Below are positions 41,267 to 50,819 of a DNA stretch of 64,000 bases, piece by piece (within the stretch, counting starts at the first letter, position 1; the number at the start of each line of letters is the position of its first letter). Origin of the DNA: an uncultured Verrucomicrobiae bacterium (GTDB lineage: Bacteria; Verrucomicrobiota; Verrucomicrobiia; Chthoniobacterales; JAFAMB01); contig CAWIPH010000002.1 of NCBI GenBank assembly GCA_963837955.1, forward strand, positions 2,304,001 to 2,368,000, in the 5' to 3' direction. The position numbers and the translations under genes are program-made. Under the pieces are notes generated by a model. The model saw only the letters and a program-made list of their open reading frames with translations. It searched no databases and was not told the origin of the DNA.

Positions 41267-42061
41267 ATGGACTTAGAGTTAAAAGATAAAGTGGCCGTCA
41301 TCACTGGCGGTAGTGTCGGAATCGGGCTGGCTGTTGCCGAAGGTCTAGCGGCGGAGGGCGTACACCTGGTCTTAGCGGCGCGCCAGGGAGACCGGGTCAA
41401 AACCGAGGCGAACCGAGTCGCCGAAAAATTCAAGGTGCGTGCGATCGGGGTAGCGGCGGATGTGGCAACGGTTGCGGGCACCGAGGCGCTCGTCCAGGCT
41501 GCAGAGACTGAATTCGGTGGCGCCGATATTCTAATTAATAACGCCGGCACAGGTAGCAATGAGACGGTCATGGAAGCGCCGGACGACAAATGGCAATACT
41601 ATTGGGATCTGCATGTGATGGCCGCTATTCGTCTTGCCCGCGGTCTGGTACCGTCGATGCGCAAGCGTGGAGGAGGGGTGATTTTGCACAATGGATCGAT
41701 CTGCACGGTCCAGCCGCTTTGGTACGAGCCAATCTACAACACGACCAAGGCTGCGCTGTTGATGTTCTCAAAAACCCTCGCGAACGAACTGATCAAAGAC
41801 AATATCCGCGTGAACACGATTAATCCCGGGCTGGTGCTGACCCCGGATTGGATCAAGACCGCCAAACAATTGACCGCCGATAAGGGCGGAGATTGGCAGG
41901 CGCACCTCGATGGCGTTGCCCGTGAATATGCGCCAATTGATCGATTTGCTACGCCAGAAGAAGTCGCCCATTTTTTCGTCTTCATGTGTTCACCCAGGGC
42001 AAGCTATTCGGTCGGGTCCGCGTATTTTGTCGATGGAGGAATGCTGAAGGTCGTGGCGTGA
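41267..42061 (+). CDS. SDR oxidoreductase resembling Gluconobacter NADPH-dependent L-sorbose reductase (SboA)
   Basis: TGGSVGIG and YNTTK (YxxxK). Segments NNAGTGSNET, QPLWYEPIYN, TPDWIKTAK and YSVGSAYFVDGGMLK match my recollection of SboA; this was not searched. Confidence 0.8.
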   Translation: MDLELKDKVAVITGGSVGIGLAVAEGLAAEGVHLVLAARQGDRVKTEANRVAEKFKVRAIGVAADVATVAGTEALVQAAETEFGGADILINNAGTGSNETVMEAPDDKWQYYWDLHVMAAIRLARGLVPSMRKRGGGVILHNGSICTVQPLWYEPIYNTTKAALLMFSKTLANELIKDNIRVNTINPGLVLTPDWIKTAKQLTADKGGDWQAHLDGVAREYAPIDRFATPEEVAHFFVFMCSPRASYSVGSAYFVDGGMLKVVA

Positions 42062-42160
42062 CAGGGAAAGAATTCGGAATTTCGAATTTAGAATCTAGAA
42101 GGTTGGCGGCGGCGCGTTTGTTAGAAAAATCCGAACCTCAACCTGTCTATATACCCACGA

Positions 42161-42317
42161 GTCGGAGGGCGCGTCGCTTGCGACGCCCGGACATTACCCC
42201 CCCGCATACCGAGGAATCGAGACCACGAACCTGGTCCCTGAAAGTTGGATTGTGGAAACGCCGACGCCATCGATTGGTCGGGTTTTCCCGGGCGTCGCAA
42301 GCGACGCGCCCTCCGAC
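42161..42317. repeat. CGGAGGG-family REPIN with a perfect 30-bp inverted repeat
   Basis: GTCGGAGGGCGCGTCGCTTGCGACGCCCGG / 42288-42317; the spacer has CGAGGAATCGAG as in 24577; lies between convergent genes. Confidence 0.88.
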
Positions 42318-42377
42318 GTCGTCCCGACCTAAAAGGTGTTGAAATACCTGAGAATTGAAACCCTGCTTTCGACCGAA

Positions 42378-43913
42378 TCACGCCTCTTCGGCACCCGATG
42401 GAAACGCTGCCGCATACTCATCCAGCTTCCGATAATAGGGCCCTGCATCGTCGTAGATTTGATCGAACAGCTCAGTGAGCCTTTCATAGCGCGGAACCCA
42501 ATCGGGGTTAGGAACGATCTCTTCATCCAGCTGAATGAGGCGTTTTGACGCGTCGGCCAAGGATGGGTAAATGCCGACCGCCGCACCAGCGATCATCGCG
42601 CAGCCGAGAATACTGGATTCTGCGTGCTTGGTCGTACGGATCGGTGTTCGATAAATGCTCGCCTTAATCTCAAGCCAGAGCCGAGTCTTGGCTCCTCCGC
42701 CGCTGGCTATCATGTAACTGAGTGTGTTCCCGCTCTGCTCCATGATTGACAAATTTCGACGAGAAGCAAACGCGACTCCTTCCATGACAGCCCGGTGCAG
42801 GTGACCCGTCCCGTGACCATAGGTGAGACCGAAAAATTGGGCCCTGGCATTGGTTCGTGGACCGAGCCGCTCACCATTAAGGTAAGGGAGAAAGAGAAGT
42901 CCGTCAGATCCAGGAGCAACTTTAGCCGCTAGTTTCACCAGCGCGTCATAACTCAGCTCGTTATCGTGGAAAGCGCGGCGAGCCCAACGCATGGCATCCC
43001 CGCCCGCATCCAAAATAGTAAATGCACTCCAACCTTGGTCGATACCAGCGACGTTGCTAATGATCGGATGCAGGACAGGTTTTTCAGTCTGCAAGGTGAG
43101 TAATGTCGAGGTTCCGGTCGAGTCAGAAGCGACTCCAACTGGACTGACCCCGGATCCCAGCAAAGTGACCGGAAAATCTCCGGCGCCGACCGCCACGGGT
43201 GTCCCCGCTAAAAGACCGGTTTGTTCCGAGCACTGTTTAGAAATCGTACCGACAATGTCGATCGGCGATTTCAGCTCGGGCAAAAGCTGTTGGTTTAGCT
43301 CCAGAAGATCGGTGACAGTGCTGCTCCAGGATCGGGTTCCGACATCGTACAGGTAGGTGGTAGACGCTTCTGGGTGGTCGATCGCTTTGTTGCCGGTCAG
43401 GCGAAAATTAATGAAATCTTTGACGATTAGAACGGAGGTTGTCCGCCGATAAACGTCCGGAAGCTCATGTTTGAACCAGAGGAGCTTGAACGCAGGCCAA
43501 GCAGTGGCGGCTGGATTTCCGGTGATGGGGAGCAACTTTTCCTGGTCATGCTTCTCCAAGAATTTGTCGAGGACTCCGCGGGTCCGTTTGTCATTCCAGA
43601 GGGGAGCATAATCAACGACGGGATTACCGGACTCATCGAGCAAGACCGTTCCATGCATCTGTCCACAGCAGGCTACCGCAGCAACCCGCGCCGGTGCTCC
43701 TTCCACTTTGGCCAGTACCGATCGAATGCAAAGAACGACCCCGTTCCACCAATCGGAAGGTCGCTGTTGGGACCAGCCAAACTGAGGCACCTGCTGGTCA
43801 TGTTCCGCCGCATGAAATCCAACGATCTCCCCTCGCAAATCGACAAGTGCGGCGCGCACGCTGCCTGTGCCGACATCGATCGCGAGTAACAGATCCTTTG
43901 TTGCTGGGGGCAT
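42378..43913 (-). CDS. FGGY-family carbohydrate kinase (xylulokinase-like)
   Basis: IDVGTGS, GQMHG, WNDKR, FLPYLNGER, AVMEGV and SGGGAK motifs. Confidence 0.93.
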   Translation of the reverse strand: MPPATKDLLLAIDVGTGSVRAALVDLRGEIVGFHAAEHDQQVPQFGWSQQRPSDWWNGVVLCIRSVLAKVEGAPARVAAVACCGQMHGTVLLDESGNPVVDYAPLWNDKRTRGVLDKFLEKHDQEKLLPITGNPAATAWPAFKLLWFKHELPDVYRRTTSVLIVKDFINFRLTGNKAIDHPEASTTYLYDVGTRSWSSTVTDLLELNQQLLPELKSPIDIVGTISKQCSEQTGLLAGTPVAVGAGDFPVTLLGSGVSPVGVASDSTGTSTLLTLQTEKPVLHPIISNVAGIDQGWSAFTILDAGGDAMRWARRAFHDNELSYDALVKLAAKVAPGSDGLLFLPYLNGERLGPRTNARAQFFGLTYGHGTGHLHRAVMEGVAFASRRNLSIMEQSGNTLSYMIASGGGAKTRLWLEIKASIYRTPIRTTKHAESSILGCAMIAGAAVGIYPSLADASKRLIQLDEEIVPNPDWVPRYERLTELFDQIYDDAGPYYRKLDEYAAAFPSGAEEA

Positions 43914-44087
43914 AGAGATTCCTTAGAACCGCAGATTACACAGATTTCGCAGATTGAGAAGGGTAACGAAAATTCTTGAGTGCTGGAGATTCTTGAGCGC
44001 CGAAGGCGTGCTTCAAGATAGCCTAGAGGGCGAAGCCCTAGGAATAAGACCATAAACACGATCAGCGTTGATTCAGCGCCCGGGGCC

Positions 44088-44147
44088 GGGAGGGATGGCG
44101 TCCCCGCGATCCGTTCTTTTTCGGCGCACGAGGACGTGCGCCCTCCC
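44088..44147. repeat. GGAG-type REP doublet
   Basis: Inverted homolog of 32211-32262. Confidence 0.78.
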
Positions 44148-44186
44148 TGTCGGGGATGATTCAGCGCTGAAAGCGCGCCACAAGTT

Positions 44187-44432
44187 CGTAGTATTGCTAC
44201 TCTATCAACTTCGAGCAAGCTTTTTTCCAAAGACGTATCTGGTTTTAGAAGTTTCAGCTCTTTCCCATCCAGAGGCGACGACGGAATCAGGAATGCCTAA
44301 GGAAGCCGCGTCAACGAAGCGCAGCAGATGAGTTGATCCGAAACTCGATTCTCGAGTGGTCGACAAGTTGGCATCGGCTCCGTTTGGTAATCAGAACCTG
44401 AAAAATCCGAGTTTCGCGGTTGTATTACTACG
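44187..44432. promoter_or_regulatory. Two candidate HexR/RpiR operators
   Basis: Imperfect palindromes GTAGTATTGCTAC (44188-44200) and GTTGTATTACTAC (44419-44431). Confidence 0.55.
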
Positions 44433-44500
44433 CAAAAGGAGTCATTCTGCATCCTAGTACCGCGCCTGGGTATAAACACATTTCCGCCCGTTCTTGCTCC

Positions 44501-45130
44501 ATGAGTGCCGCCAATTATCTCTCGCCGTTTCGTGCTTTCTTGAGTGCGACGTCGCTCGAGATTCAGCCGAACACAGGAGGATACGTGAAACATATCGATG
44601 ATCTCGGCGGGATCTACTTCGATGAAGAGAGTTTTCAGCAGATAGCGGAGAGTAGAGGCGAGGAAATTGCTTATCGCGTCAACGAACTCCGATTTACCGA
44701 GCAGGGCAACGATTTGATCACGGGCATAAGTGTTTTGAATCCAGGGAAGGTCGGATCCGAGTTTTTCATGACCCGGGGCCATCTCCATCAACGCGGCGAC
44801 CGATCAGAGACCTATTACTGTTTGTCGGGCCACGGCATTCTACTGATGGAGACCCTCGAAGGAAAAGTGGAAGCGGCCGAAATGCGACCGGGTAGCCTGG
44901 TCTACGTTCCGCCTTTTTGGCTTCATCGCAGCGTGAATGTTGGCTCTGCAATTTTCGCGACCCTCTTTTCCTATCCTGCCGATGCCGGCCAGAATTTCGA
45001 GATTGTTCGTAAGGCGGGAGGATTCAAACTTCTGGTGGTCGCCGACGGCGATGACGACTGGAAATTGTCGCCGAACCCGCGTTACACTGTTCGCCTGCCA
45101 AGCGAAATAGAAGAATACAGAAGACAATGA
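44501..45130 (+). CDS. Cupin-type (archaeal-like) glucose-6-phosphate isomerase family protein
   Basis: PGKVGSEFFMTRGHLH, ETYYCLSG, VYVPPFWLHRSVN and YPADAG motifs. Confidence 0.88.
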   Translation: MSAANYLSPFRAFLSATSLEIQPNTGGYVKHIDDLGGIYFDEESFQQIAESRGEEIAYRVNELRFTEQGNDLITGISVLNPGKVGSEFFMTRGHLHQRGDRSETYYCLSGHGILLMETLEGKVEAAEMRPGSLVYVPPFWLHRSVNVGSAIFATLFSYPADAGQNFEIVRKAGGFKLLVVADGDDDWKLSPNPRYTVRLPSEIEEYRRQ

Positions 45131-45137
45131 CGTTATT

Positions 45138-45788
45138 ATGGGATTCACCCTCTTTTCTAAACTCGCCCATCATCGATTAATGCCAGTGATCGAACTGGAT
45201 TCCGCTGATGATGCCCTCCACTTGGCTGAAGCTTTTATTCAAGGCGGGCTGCCGCTGATTGAAATCACCTTTCGTACGAGCGCCGCTGCCCAAGCCATCA
45301 GCGCGGTTCGAAAACGGTTTCCCGAGATGTTGGTGGGCGCCGGTACGATCATAACCCGGGACCATCTTCGGCAGGCTTTGGATGCGAGCGCCCAATTCTT
45401 GGTTTCGCCAGGATTTGAGCGGACATTGACGGAAGCAATCCTGGAATCGGGCACACCGTACCTGCCGGGAGTTGCTACTCCCTCTGATCTGCAAGGTGCC
45501 TTGGCGCTCGGACTCACGCAGTGCAAGTTTTTCCCAGCCGAGGGAAACGGGGGAACACGGGCGTTACGCGTGCTCTCAACAACCTTTCGAGCGTTCTCTC
45601 CAACCTTCGTTCCCACGGGCGGCATCAACCTTAATAACCTGGAAGCCTGGCTAAAGGAGCCGGCGGTTATAGCGGTCGGTGGCTCCTGGCTTGCCGCTAA
45701 GCAATGGATCCGGGACCGAGATTGGGCGGCCATTCGGGAATCCGTTGCGACTAGCGTCAAAATCGCAAAGTCTGCGGTCCCGGCATGA
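45138..45788 (+). CDS. eda: KDPG/KHG aldolase
   Basis: IEITFRT, VGAGT, FLVSPG, PGVATPSD, KFFPAE and PTGGI motifs. Confidence 0.9.
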   Translation: MGFTLFSKLAHHRLMPVIELDSADDALHLAEAFIQGGLPLIEITFRTSAAAQAISAVRKRFPEMLVGAGTIITRDHLRQALDASAQFLVSPGFERTLTEAILESGTPYLPGVATPSDLQGALALGLTQCKFFPAEGNGGTRALRVLSTTFRAFSPTFVPTGGINLNNLEAWLKEPAVIAVGGSWLAAKQWIRDRDWAAIRESVATSVKIAKSAVPA

Positions 45789-46732
45789 ACTTGCAGTTGT
45801 CGCCGGCCCAGGTTCCGACGATGCACTTTGTCGGTGTCTCGACGAGCCAATCGTCGATCATGAAAGTTTTCCCAGAATGGGCTGTCGAGCTAGGCATAGG
45901 TGGCGCGGCCATCCATGGCATCGATATTCCGTTGAACGCTCCGCCGGAGATCTATCGCCAAGTGGTCAATTTCATCCGCCATGATGGCAGTTCTCGCGGG
46001 GCGTTAGTAACCACTCACAAAATGGATCTATTCCGGGCCGCCCGGGAGCAGTTCGATGAACTCGATTGGTTTGCTACTGCCATGCATGAAGTCAGTTCGA
46101 TATCGAAGCGGCATACGAAATTGATTGGGCAGGCGAAAGATCCGGTTTCGGCTGGACGCTCTCTTTGCGCCATGCTTCAGCCGCATTTTTGGAAACAGGG
46201 AGAGGGTGAGGTTTTCTGTATGGGAAGCGGCGGCGCCGGAGTAGCCATTACTTGGTTTTTGTTGAGAGGGGAACACAAACTCGGTCGACCTAACCGGGTA
46301 GTCGTTTCGGATATTTCGGCGGACCGGCTGGACCATTTGGCACGGCTAACTAACTCGCCGCACCTGGAGATCCGATCGGTCAGCACGGCGGAAGAAAACG
46401 ATGCCATCATGCGAACTCTTTCGCCGCGTTCTCTCATCATCAACGCGACAGGACTAGGGAAGGATCGTCCGGGTTCACCGATTACCGACGCGACGCCATT
46501 TCCCCTGGGATCATTTGTTTGGGAACTCAATTATCGCGGTGCACTCGACTTTCTGCATCAAGCCCGTAACCAAGCGGAACCAAGGAAACTCGAGATTCAT
46601 GATGGTTGGGATTATTTTATTCACGGCTGGACCTGTGTCATTGCAGATGTGTTCGACATAGAGATTTCCGCTGATGTCGCTACGTTTCAACGACTTTCGC
46701 AAGTGGCCGCGCGGGCGAGCGGAAGATCATGA
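45785..46732 (+). CDS. Shikimate-dehydrogenase-superfamily protein (divergent, sugar-cluster type)
   Basis: PTMHFVGVST, GALVTTHK, GSGGAG, INATGLGKD and WELNYRG motifs. Confidence 0.8.
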   Translation: MNLQLSPAQVPTMHFVGVSTSQSSIMKVFPEWAVELGIGGAAIHGIDIPLNAPPEIYRQVVNFIRHDGSSRGALVTTHKMDLFRAAREQFDELDWFATAMHEVSSISKRHTKLIGQAKDPVSAGRSLCAMLQPHFWKQGEGEVFCMGSGGAGVAITWFLLRGEHKLGRPNRVVVSDISADRLDHLARLTNSPHLEIRSVSTAEENDAIMRTLSPRSLIINATGLGKDRPGSPITDATPFPLGSFVWELNYRGALDFLHQARNQAEPRKLEIHDGWDYFIHGWTCVIADVFDIEISADVATFQRLSQVAARASGRS

Positions 46733-47652
46733 AGCGGATCCTGGTGACTCCGCGTTCTCTAAGCGGCTCCAACCATCCTGCGATCGAGCATCTTCGGAAT
46801 CAAGGCTGGGAAATCGTCTTCGGTCCTCGCGGCCGGCTACCCGATGAAGCGGAACTGTTGGACTTGGTGAGTGGATGCGATGGATGGTTAGCCGGCGTTG
46901 AGCAGATCACCGCTCGGGTGTTGGACGCGGCGGATCGGTTGCAAGTAATCAGCCGGAACGGCAGTGGCATTGATAATATCCGTCTGGAGCACGCGAAACG
47001 GCGCGGCGTTACGGTGCTCAGTGTGGCCGGAGCTAACGCTCAAGGAGTCGCCGAACTCACGATCGGTTTAGCGTTGGCAGCGACCCGTCAATTTCATTTG
47101 GCCGACCGCCATCTCAAAGAAGGTAAATGGGTGCGGACATTGGGGAACGAATTGAATGGCAAACGGGTTTTGGTTGTTGGATTCGGAAAAATCGGGCGAA
47201 TTGTTGCCCGCCTGTTCGCTGCATTTGGTTCCTCGGTGTCTGTGGTGGAACCGATGGAAGTGCCGACCGAACCTTTCCCCAAAGTAGAGTTGGCCTCTGG
47301 TATGCGTTCTGCCGACTTAGTAACTCTTCACTGTCCATTAGCTCCGGATGGACGGGCTGTAATCACTGCTGAGCTACTGAAAGATTCGCAACCAGGGCTG
47401 ATACTAATTAACTGTGCCCGGCGTCTATTAGTAGATGAGAGCTCGGTGTTACGCGGACTCGAGTCCGGTCAGATCGGAATTTACGCCTCGGACGTATTTG
47501 AGGAAGCCGACCCGGACAACGCTGCGCTAGTCGGACATTCCAAAGTGGTTGCGACGCCTCATCTAGGCGCGTACACGAAGGAAAGTGTGGACCGAGCCGC
47601 GCTTGAGGCGGCGGAAAACCTGATTACGTTCTTTGCGCATGCTCCCCGTTAG
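46729..47652 (+). CDS. D-2-hydroxyacid dehydrogenase (SerA-like catalytic core)
   Basis: SRNGSGIDNI, VAE, GFGKIG, LHCPL, INCAR and TPHLGA motifs. Confidence 0.9.
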   Translation: MKRILVTPRSLSGSNHPAIEHLRNQGWEIVFGPRGRLPDEAELLDLVSGCDGWLAGVEQITARVLDAADRLQVISRNGSGIDNIRLEHAKRRGVTVLSVAGANAQGVAELTIGLALAATRQFHLADRHLKEGKWVRTLGNELNGKRVLVVGFGKIGRIVARLFAAFGSSVSVVEPMEVPTEPFPKVELASGMRSADLVTLHCPLAPDGRAVITAELLKDSQPGLILINCARRLLVDESSVLRGLESGQIGIYASDVFEEADPDNAALVGHSKVVATPHLGAYTKESVDRAALEAAENLITFFAHAPR

Positions 47653-48505
47653 CATCACGCGTTTTAGTGGCTCTCTGGCCGGCGCGCTTCGGAGGCCGAT
47701 AGAACAGCTCGAGATGTACTGGTTAGGTCAGTCTGGTTTTCTCTTCCGGACGCCCACCGTGACCTGGATCGTTGACGCCTATTTATCGAACCATCTCGCG
47801 GAAAAATATCGGGACCATGTGTTTTCACATGAAAGAATGAAACCGGCGCCGATCGGGACTCTGGATCTGCCGGAATTAGATTACGTGTTCTGCACACATA
47901 TGCATGGGGATCACCTGGACGTGCCCACAATTGAAGCAATCGGCAAGAAACAACAGAAGACTCGCTTTATTTTACCGGCCGGAATCGAGAGCCTAGTGTC
48001 GAATCTGCAATTAGATCACGACCGGATCATCTGGGCTGAAGCAGACAAGTGCATCTCCTTTAGTCATGAAATAGAGGTCGTTCCGGTGAAGGCAGCTCAC
48101 GAAGGCTTTGAGTGCGATAAGCGAGGCCGGCACCGCTTTCTCGGTTACGTCTTCGGGAGCGGGCAAACCACTCTATACCATTCTGGCGATTGCATTCCGT
48201 ACGAGGGACTAGTAGAGAAATTACAAGAGCTTCGGCCGGATGTCGCCATGCTGCCGGTAAACGGACGCAGCCAGGAGCTCACCGAAAAGAACATTGTTGG
48301 AAATTTTTCTCTGGCCGAAGCGATAGAGCTTTGCTTACGGGCAGGAATTCCGGCAATGATTGGCCAACATTTCGGCATGTTCGCTTTTAATACGATTAAG
48401 CCAGAACTCATCGACCAGGCAGCATTAGGGGTTCCGAAGGAACTTCAAATCTTGAAGGCAGAGGTGGGTACCCGCTACACTTTCAGTCCACCTCGCCGTG
48501 CCTAG
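47639..48505 (+). CDS. Metallo-beta-lactamase fold hydrolase (UlaG-like)
   Basis: WLGQSGF, THMHGDHLD, YHSGD and LPVNG motifs. Confidence 0.88.
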   Translation: MLPVSITRFSGSLAGALRRPIEQLEMYWLGQSGFLFRTPTVTWIVDAYLSNHLAEKYRDHVFSHERMKPAPIGTLDLPELDYVFCTHMHGDHLDVPTIEAIGKKQQKTRFILPAGIESLVSNLQLDHDRIIWAEADKCISFSHEIEVVPVKAAHEGFECDKRGRHRFLGYVFGSGQTTLYHSGDCIPYEGLVEKLQELRPDVAMLPVNGRSQELTEKNIVGNFSLAEAIELCLRAGIPAMIGQHFGMFAFNTIKPELIDQAALGVPKELQILKAEVGTRYTFSPPRRA

Positions 48506-49382
48506 ACGTCCTCGACCCCCGATTCCGCGAGATCTCAACCGCAATCTGTTGGAGATTATCTCCACCTATTTAACCGATCTTCGGCCTTCGGATCGAAAGG
48601 TTGCGGAGCTAACTTTGGCGGCGCCTCAATTCATACTCAACGGCACGGTTGATCAGACCGCCCGACGCGCCGGTGTAAGCGAACCGACGGTCATCCGCTT
48701 TTGCGAAGCCCTTGGGTTTGTCGGTTTCCAAGATTTCAAAGTGAGATTAGCGCAAAGCGTCGCTCTTGGCATGCCGGCTACTCATTCAGTGATTCTACCG
48801 GCGGATTCGCCGGAGGTCATTGCGAACAAGATCTTCGATTACAGCATGAACAGTCTGGACTGGGCGCGAAAAAAGCTCGACAAACGCGCGCTGCAGAAGG
48901 CAGTCGATTTATTGCTCGCGGCGAAGAGAATCGAGTTTTTCGGTTTTGGTGCGTCAGGGATTGTGGCGCTCGACGCCCAGCAGAAGTTTCCGCTTTTTGG
49001 CGTTCCTTGCACAGCTCACTGCGATTCTCATCAGCAGTTTATCGCGGCATCGATGGTAAAGGCCGGAGATGTGGTCGTTGCCATTTCTAACACTGGCCAG
49101 ACAAAAGGGGTGATAGAGGCTGCCAAGACGGCTCTAGCTAGTGGCGCTTCGGTCATCGGCATCATGGGGCAAGAGGGCGCGCTCGTGGATTATTGTTCGG
49201 TCGTCTTGTTGGTCGAAACTCTGGAAAACACCGACGTCTATACTCCGACGATTTCGCGATTAGCTGCGCTCACTCTGATAGACATTCTAGCGACCAGCGT
49301 CGTTATTCGTCGTGGGCATGAACACAACCGTCGAGTCGCCGAAATGAAACGTCATCTCGCGGCGATGAGGGGCTCTTTGTAG
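48498..49382 (+). CDS. RpiR/HexR family transcriptional regulator (HTH + SIS)
   Basis: VSEPTVIRFC...GFQDFK, FGFGASGIVALDAQQKF, ISNTG and ENTDVYTP motifs. Confidence 0.93.
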   Translation: MPRRPRPPIPRDLNRNLLEIISTYLTDLRPSDRKVAELTLAAPQFILNGTVDQTARRAGVSEPTVIRFCEALGFVGFQDFKVRLAQSVALGMPATHSVILPADSPEVIANKIFDYSMNSLDWARKKLDKRALQKAVDLLLAAKRIEFFGFGASGIVALDAQQKFPLFGVPCTAHCDSHQQFIAASMVKAGDVVVAISNTGQTKGVIEAAKTALASGASVIGIMGQEGALVDYCSVVLLVETLENTDVYTPTISRLAALTLIDILATSVVIRRGHEHNRRVAEMKRHLAAMRGSL

Positions 49383-49458
49383 CCGCCGTCGGCACACACT
49401 CCCGCGTCCGTTTTCCGAGATCCTCCCTCATCACTGGGTCTCCGCACATCCCTGAGCG

Positions 49459-49654
49459 GTAGGGCGAAAGCCTGATACCGTCTCAGCGGGATCGGCTTGA
49501 GCCGATCGTGCCCGAGGTGTCGTCTTGCCGATTACCCAGCGACCATGGACAGCAAAGTAAAGACACGCCACGGGTTGATCACGCACGGCTCAAGCCCGGC
49601 GCACCGCATTTCCCAGACGTACCACATTGCAGATGCGCCGAGCTTTCGCCCTAC
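49459..49654. repeat. GTAG-type REPIN-like doublet
   Basis: GTAGGGCGAAAGC...GGCTTGAGCCG spacer CGGCTCAAGCC...GCTTTCGCCCTAC. Confidence 0.83.
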
Positions 49655-49725
49655 CGATCCTGGGCCCATCTGGCGCTGCCTGTTTTGGAGGGCTTACTCG
49701 ATCTATTCTCTTGACACCAAATACT

Positions 49726-49741
49726 GTAAGTGATCGCTTAC
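49726..49741. promoter_or_regulatory. Palindromic operator candidate for the ArsR gene
   Basis: GTAAGTGATCGCTTAC, between TTGACA (49711) and the ArsR start. Confidence 0.55.
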
Positions 49742-49749
49742 CGTAAGTG

Positions 49750-50124
49750 ATGGCTAACCATACAGATCAACTAATCGCTCTGGCTGATCCGACCCGATTA
49801 GCCGTTTTTGAGCGCTTGGCCAAAGGGCCGGCAGCGGTGCACGAAATTGCCAAAGGTTTTCCAGTTAGCCGGCCGGCTGTCTCCCAACACCTGCGCGTGT
49901 TAAAGGACGCCAAGCTTGTCTTGGATCATCAGATCGGAAACAGACGTATCTACCAGCTCAACCCCGCCGGGATCCAAATCTTACGCGAGTATTTCGATCG
50001 GTTCTGGGGCGACGCACTCGCATCTTTCAAAACTTTCCTCGAAAACGAACAACCCCAAAACCCGAATCTTCCAGATGCAACAAACAGAGCCAGTCGTTCG
50101 AAAAGTAATCGTGGTAAACGCTGA
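49750..50124 (+). CDS. ArsR/SmtB family transcriptional regulator
   Basis: ALADPTR and VSRPAVSQHLRVLKDA motifs. Confidence 0.92.
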   Translation: MANHTDQLIALADPTRLAVFERLAKGPAAVHEIAKGFPVSRPAVSQHLRVLKDAKLVLDHQIGNRRIYQLNPAGIQILREYFDRFWGDALASFKTFLENEQPQNPNLPDATNRASRSKSNRGKR

Positions 50125-50560
50125 ACCGGAACACGCCTTTGCCGTTTTTACCAAAAACATGGTCCAATGGTGGCCTAAGGAACATCATATTGGCGGGAGC
50201 CCAATGGTTACGGTTGTGGTTGAGCCGCGCACCGGCGGCCGCTGGTACGAAAAAGACGAAGATGGTTCGGAGTGTGAATGGGGCACAGTACGCGTCTACG
50301 AGCCACCGCGGAGATTGGTTTTTTCGTGGCATCTAAATGGGGATTTCGAATTCGTTCCTGATATTGCCCAAGCAAGCGAGGTCGAAGTTCGATTCACTCG
50401 CGAGGAGCCAGGAAAAACCAAAGTCGAACTGGAACATCGTCATTTCGAACGACACGGCGAAAGTGGAGATCGGTTACGCACCGAAGTCGATAAGCCCGGT
50501 GGATGGTCCTACGTGTTGGAGGGATATGCCAAACTAATCAGCGATTCGCACAATGCCTGA
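50075..50560 (+). CDS. SRPBCC/AHA1-like (START) domain protein
   Basis: AFAVFT...WWP, EPRTGGRWYE, WGTVRVYEPPRRLVFSW and TKVELEHR motifs; overlaps ArsR. Confidence 0.9.
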   Translation: MQQTEPVVRKVIVVNAEPEHAFAVFTKNMVQWWPKEHHIGGSPMVTVVVEPRTGGRWYEKDEDGSECEWGTVRVYEPPRRLVFSWHLNGDFEFVPDIAQASEVEVRFTREEPGKTKVELEHRHFERHGESGDRLRTEVDKPGGWSYVLEGYAKLISDSHNA

Positions 50561-50693
50561 TAAAAATTCCATTGCGAAGGGCGATGAGGATTCGCCGCTG
50601 ATCCGTCGTCAGATCTTGATTTGTCTGCTGCGAGTGCTTCTTTGCCCAAAGGCTGATTTTCACCCGAAGCCGGTAGGGCGCAATGATTGTGAA

Positions 50694-50780
50694 AGGTGAG
50701 AAGTGATTGGTGAACGGTGGATGCCCATCGGAAAACCCTCGGCAGAAATCTCACCGCCTTTCTCACTAGTCACCGACACA
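50694..50780. repeat. Heptamer-flanked dispersed repeat (inverted copy of the core inside 447-646 and 51267-51491)
   Basis: CCCATCGGAAAACCCTCGGCAGAAATCTCACC is the reverse complement of the core at about 505-540 and 51380-51415. Confidence 0.75.
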
Positions 50781-50819
50781 CTCCCTATGAGCCTTCAACC
50801 CCAGACCTTTTCATTTCCA

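Noticed and set aside
47639..48505. Beta-lactamase
   Set aside because: It is an MBL fold of the UlaG-like type, with no signal peptide, embedded in a sugar operon.
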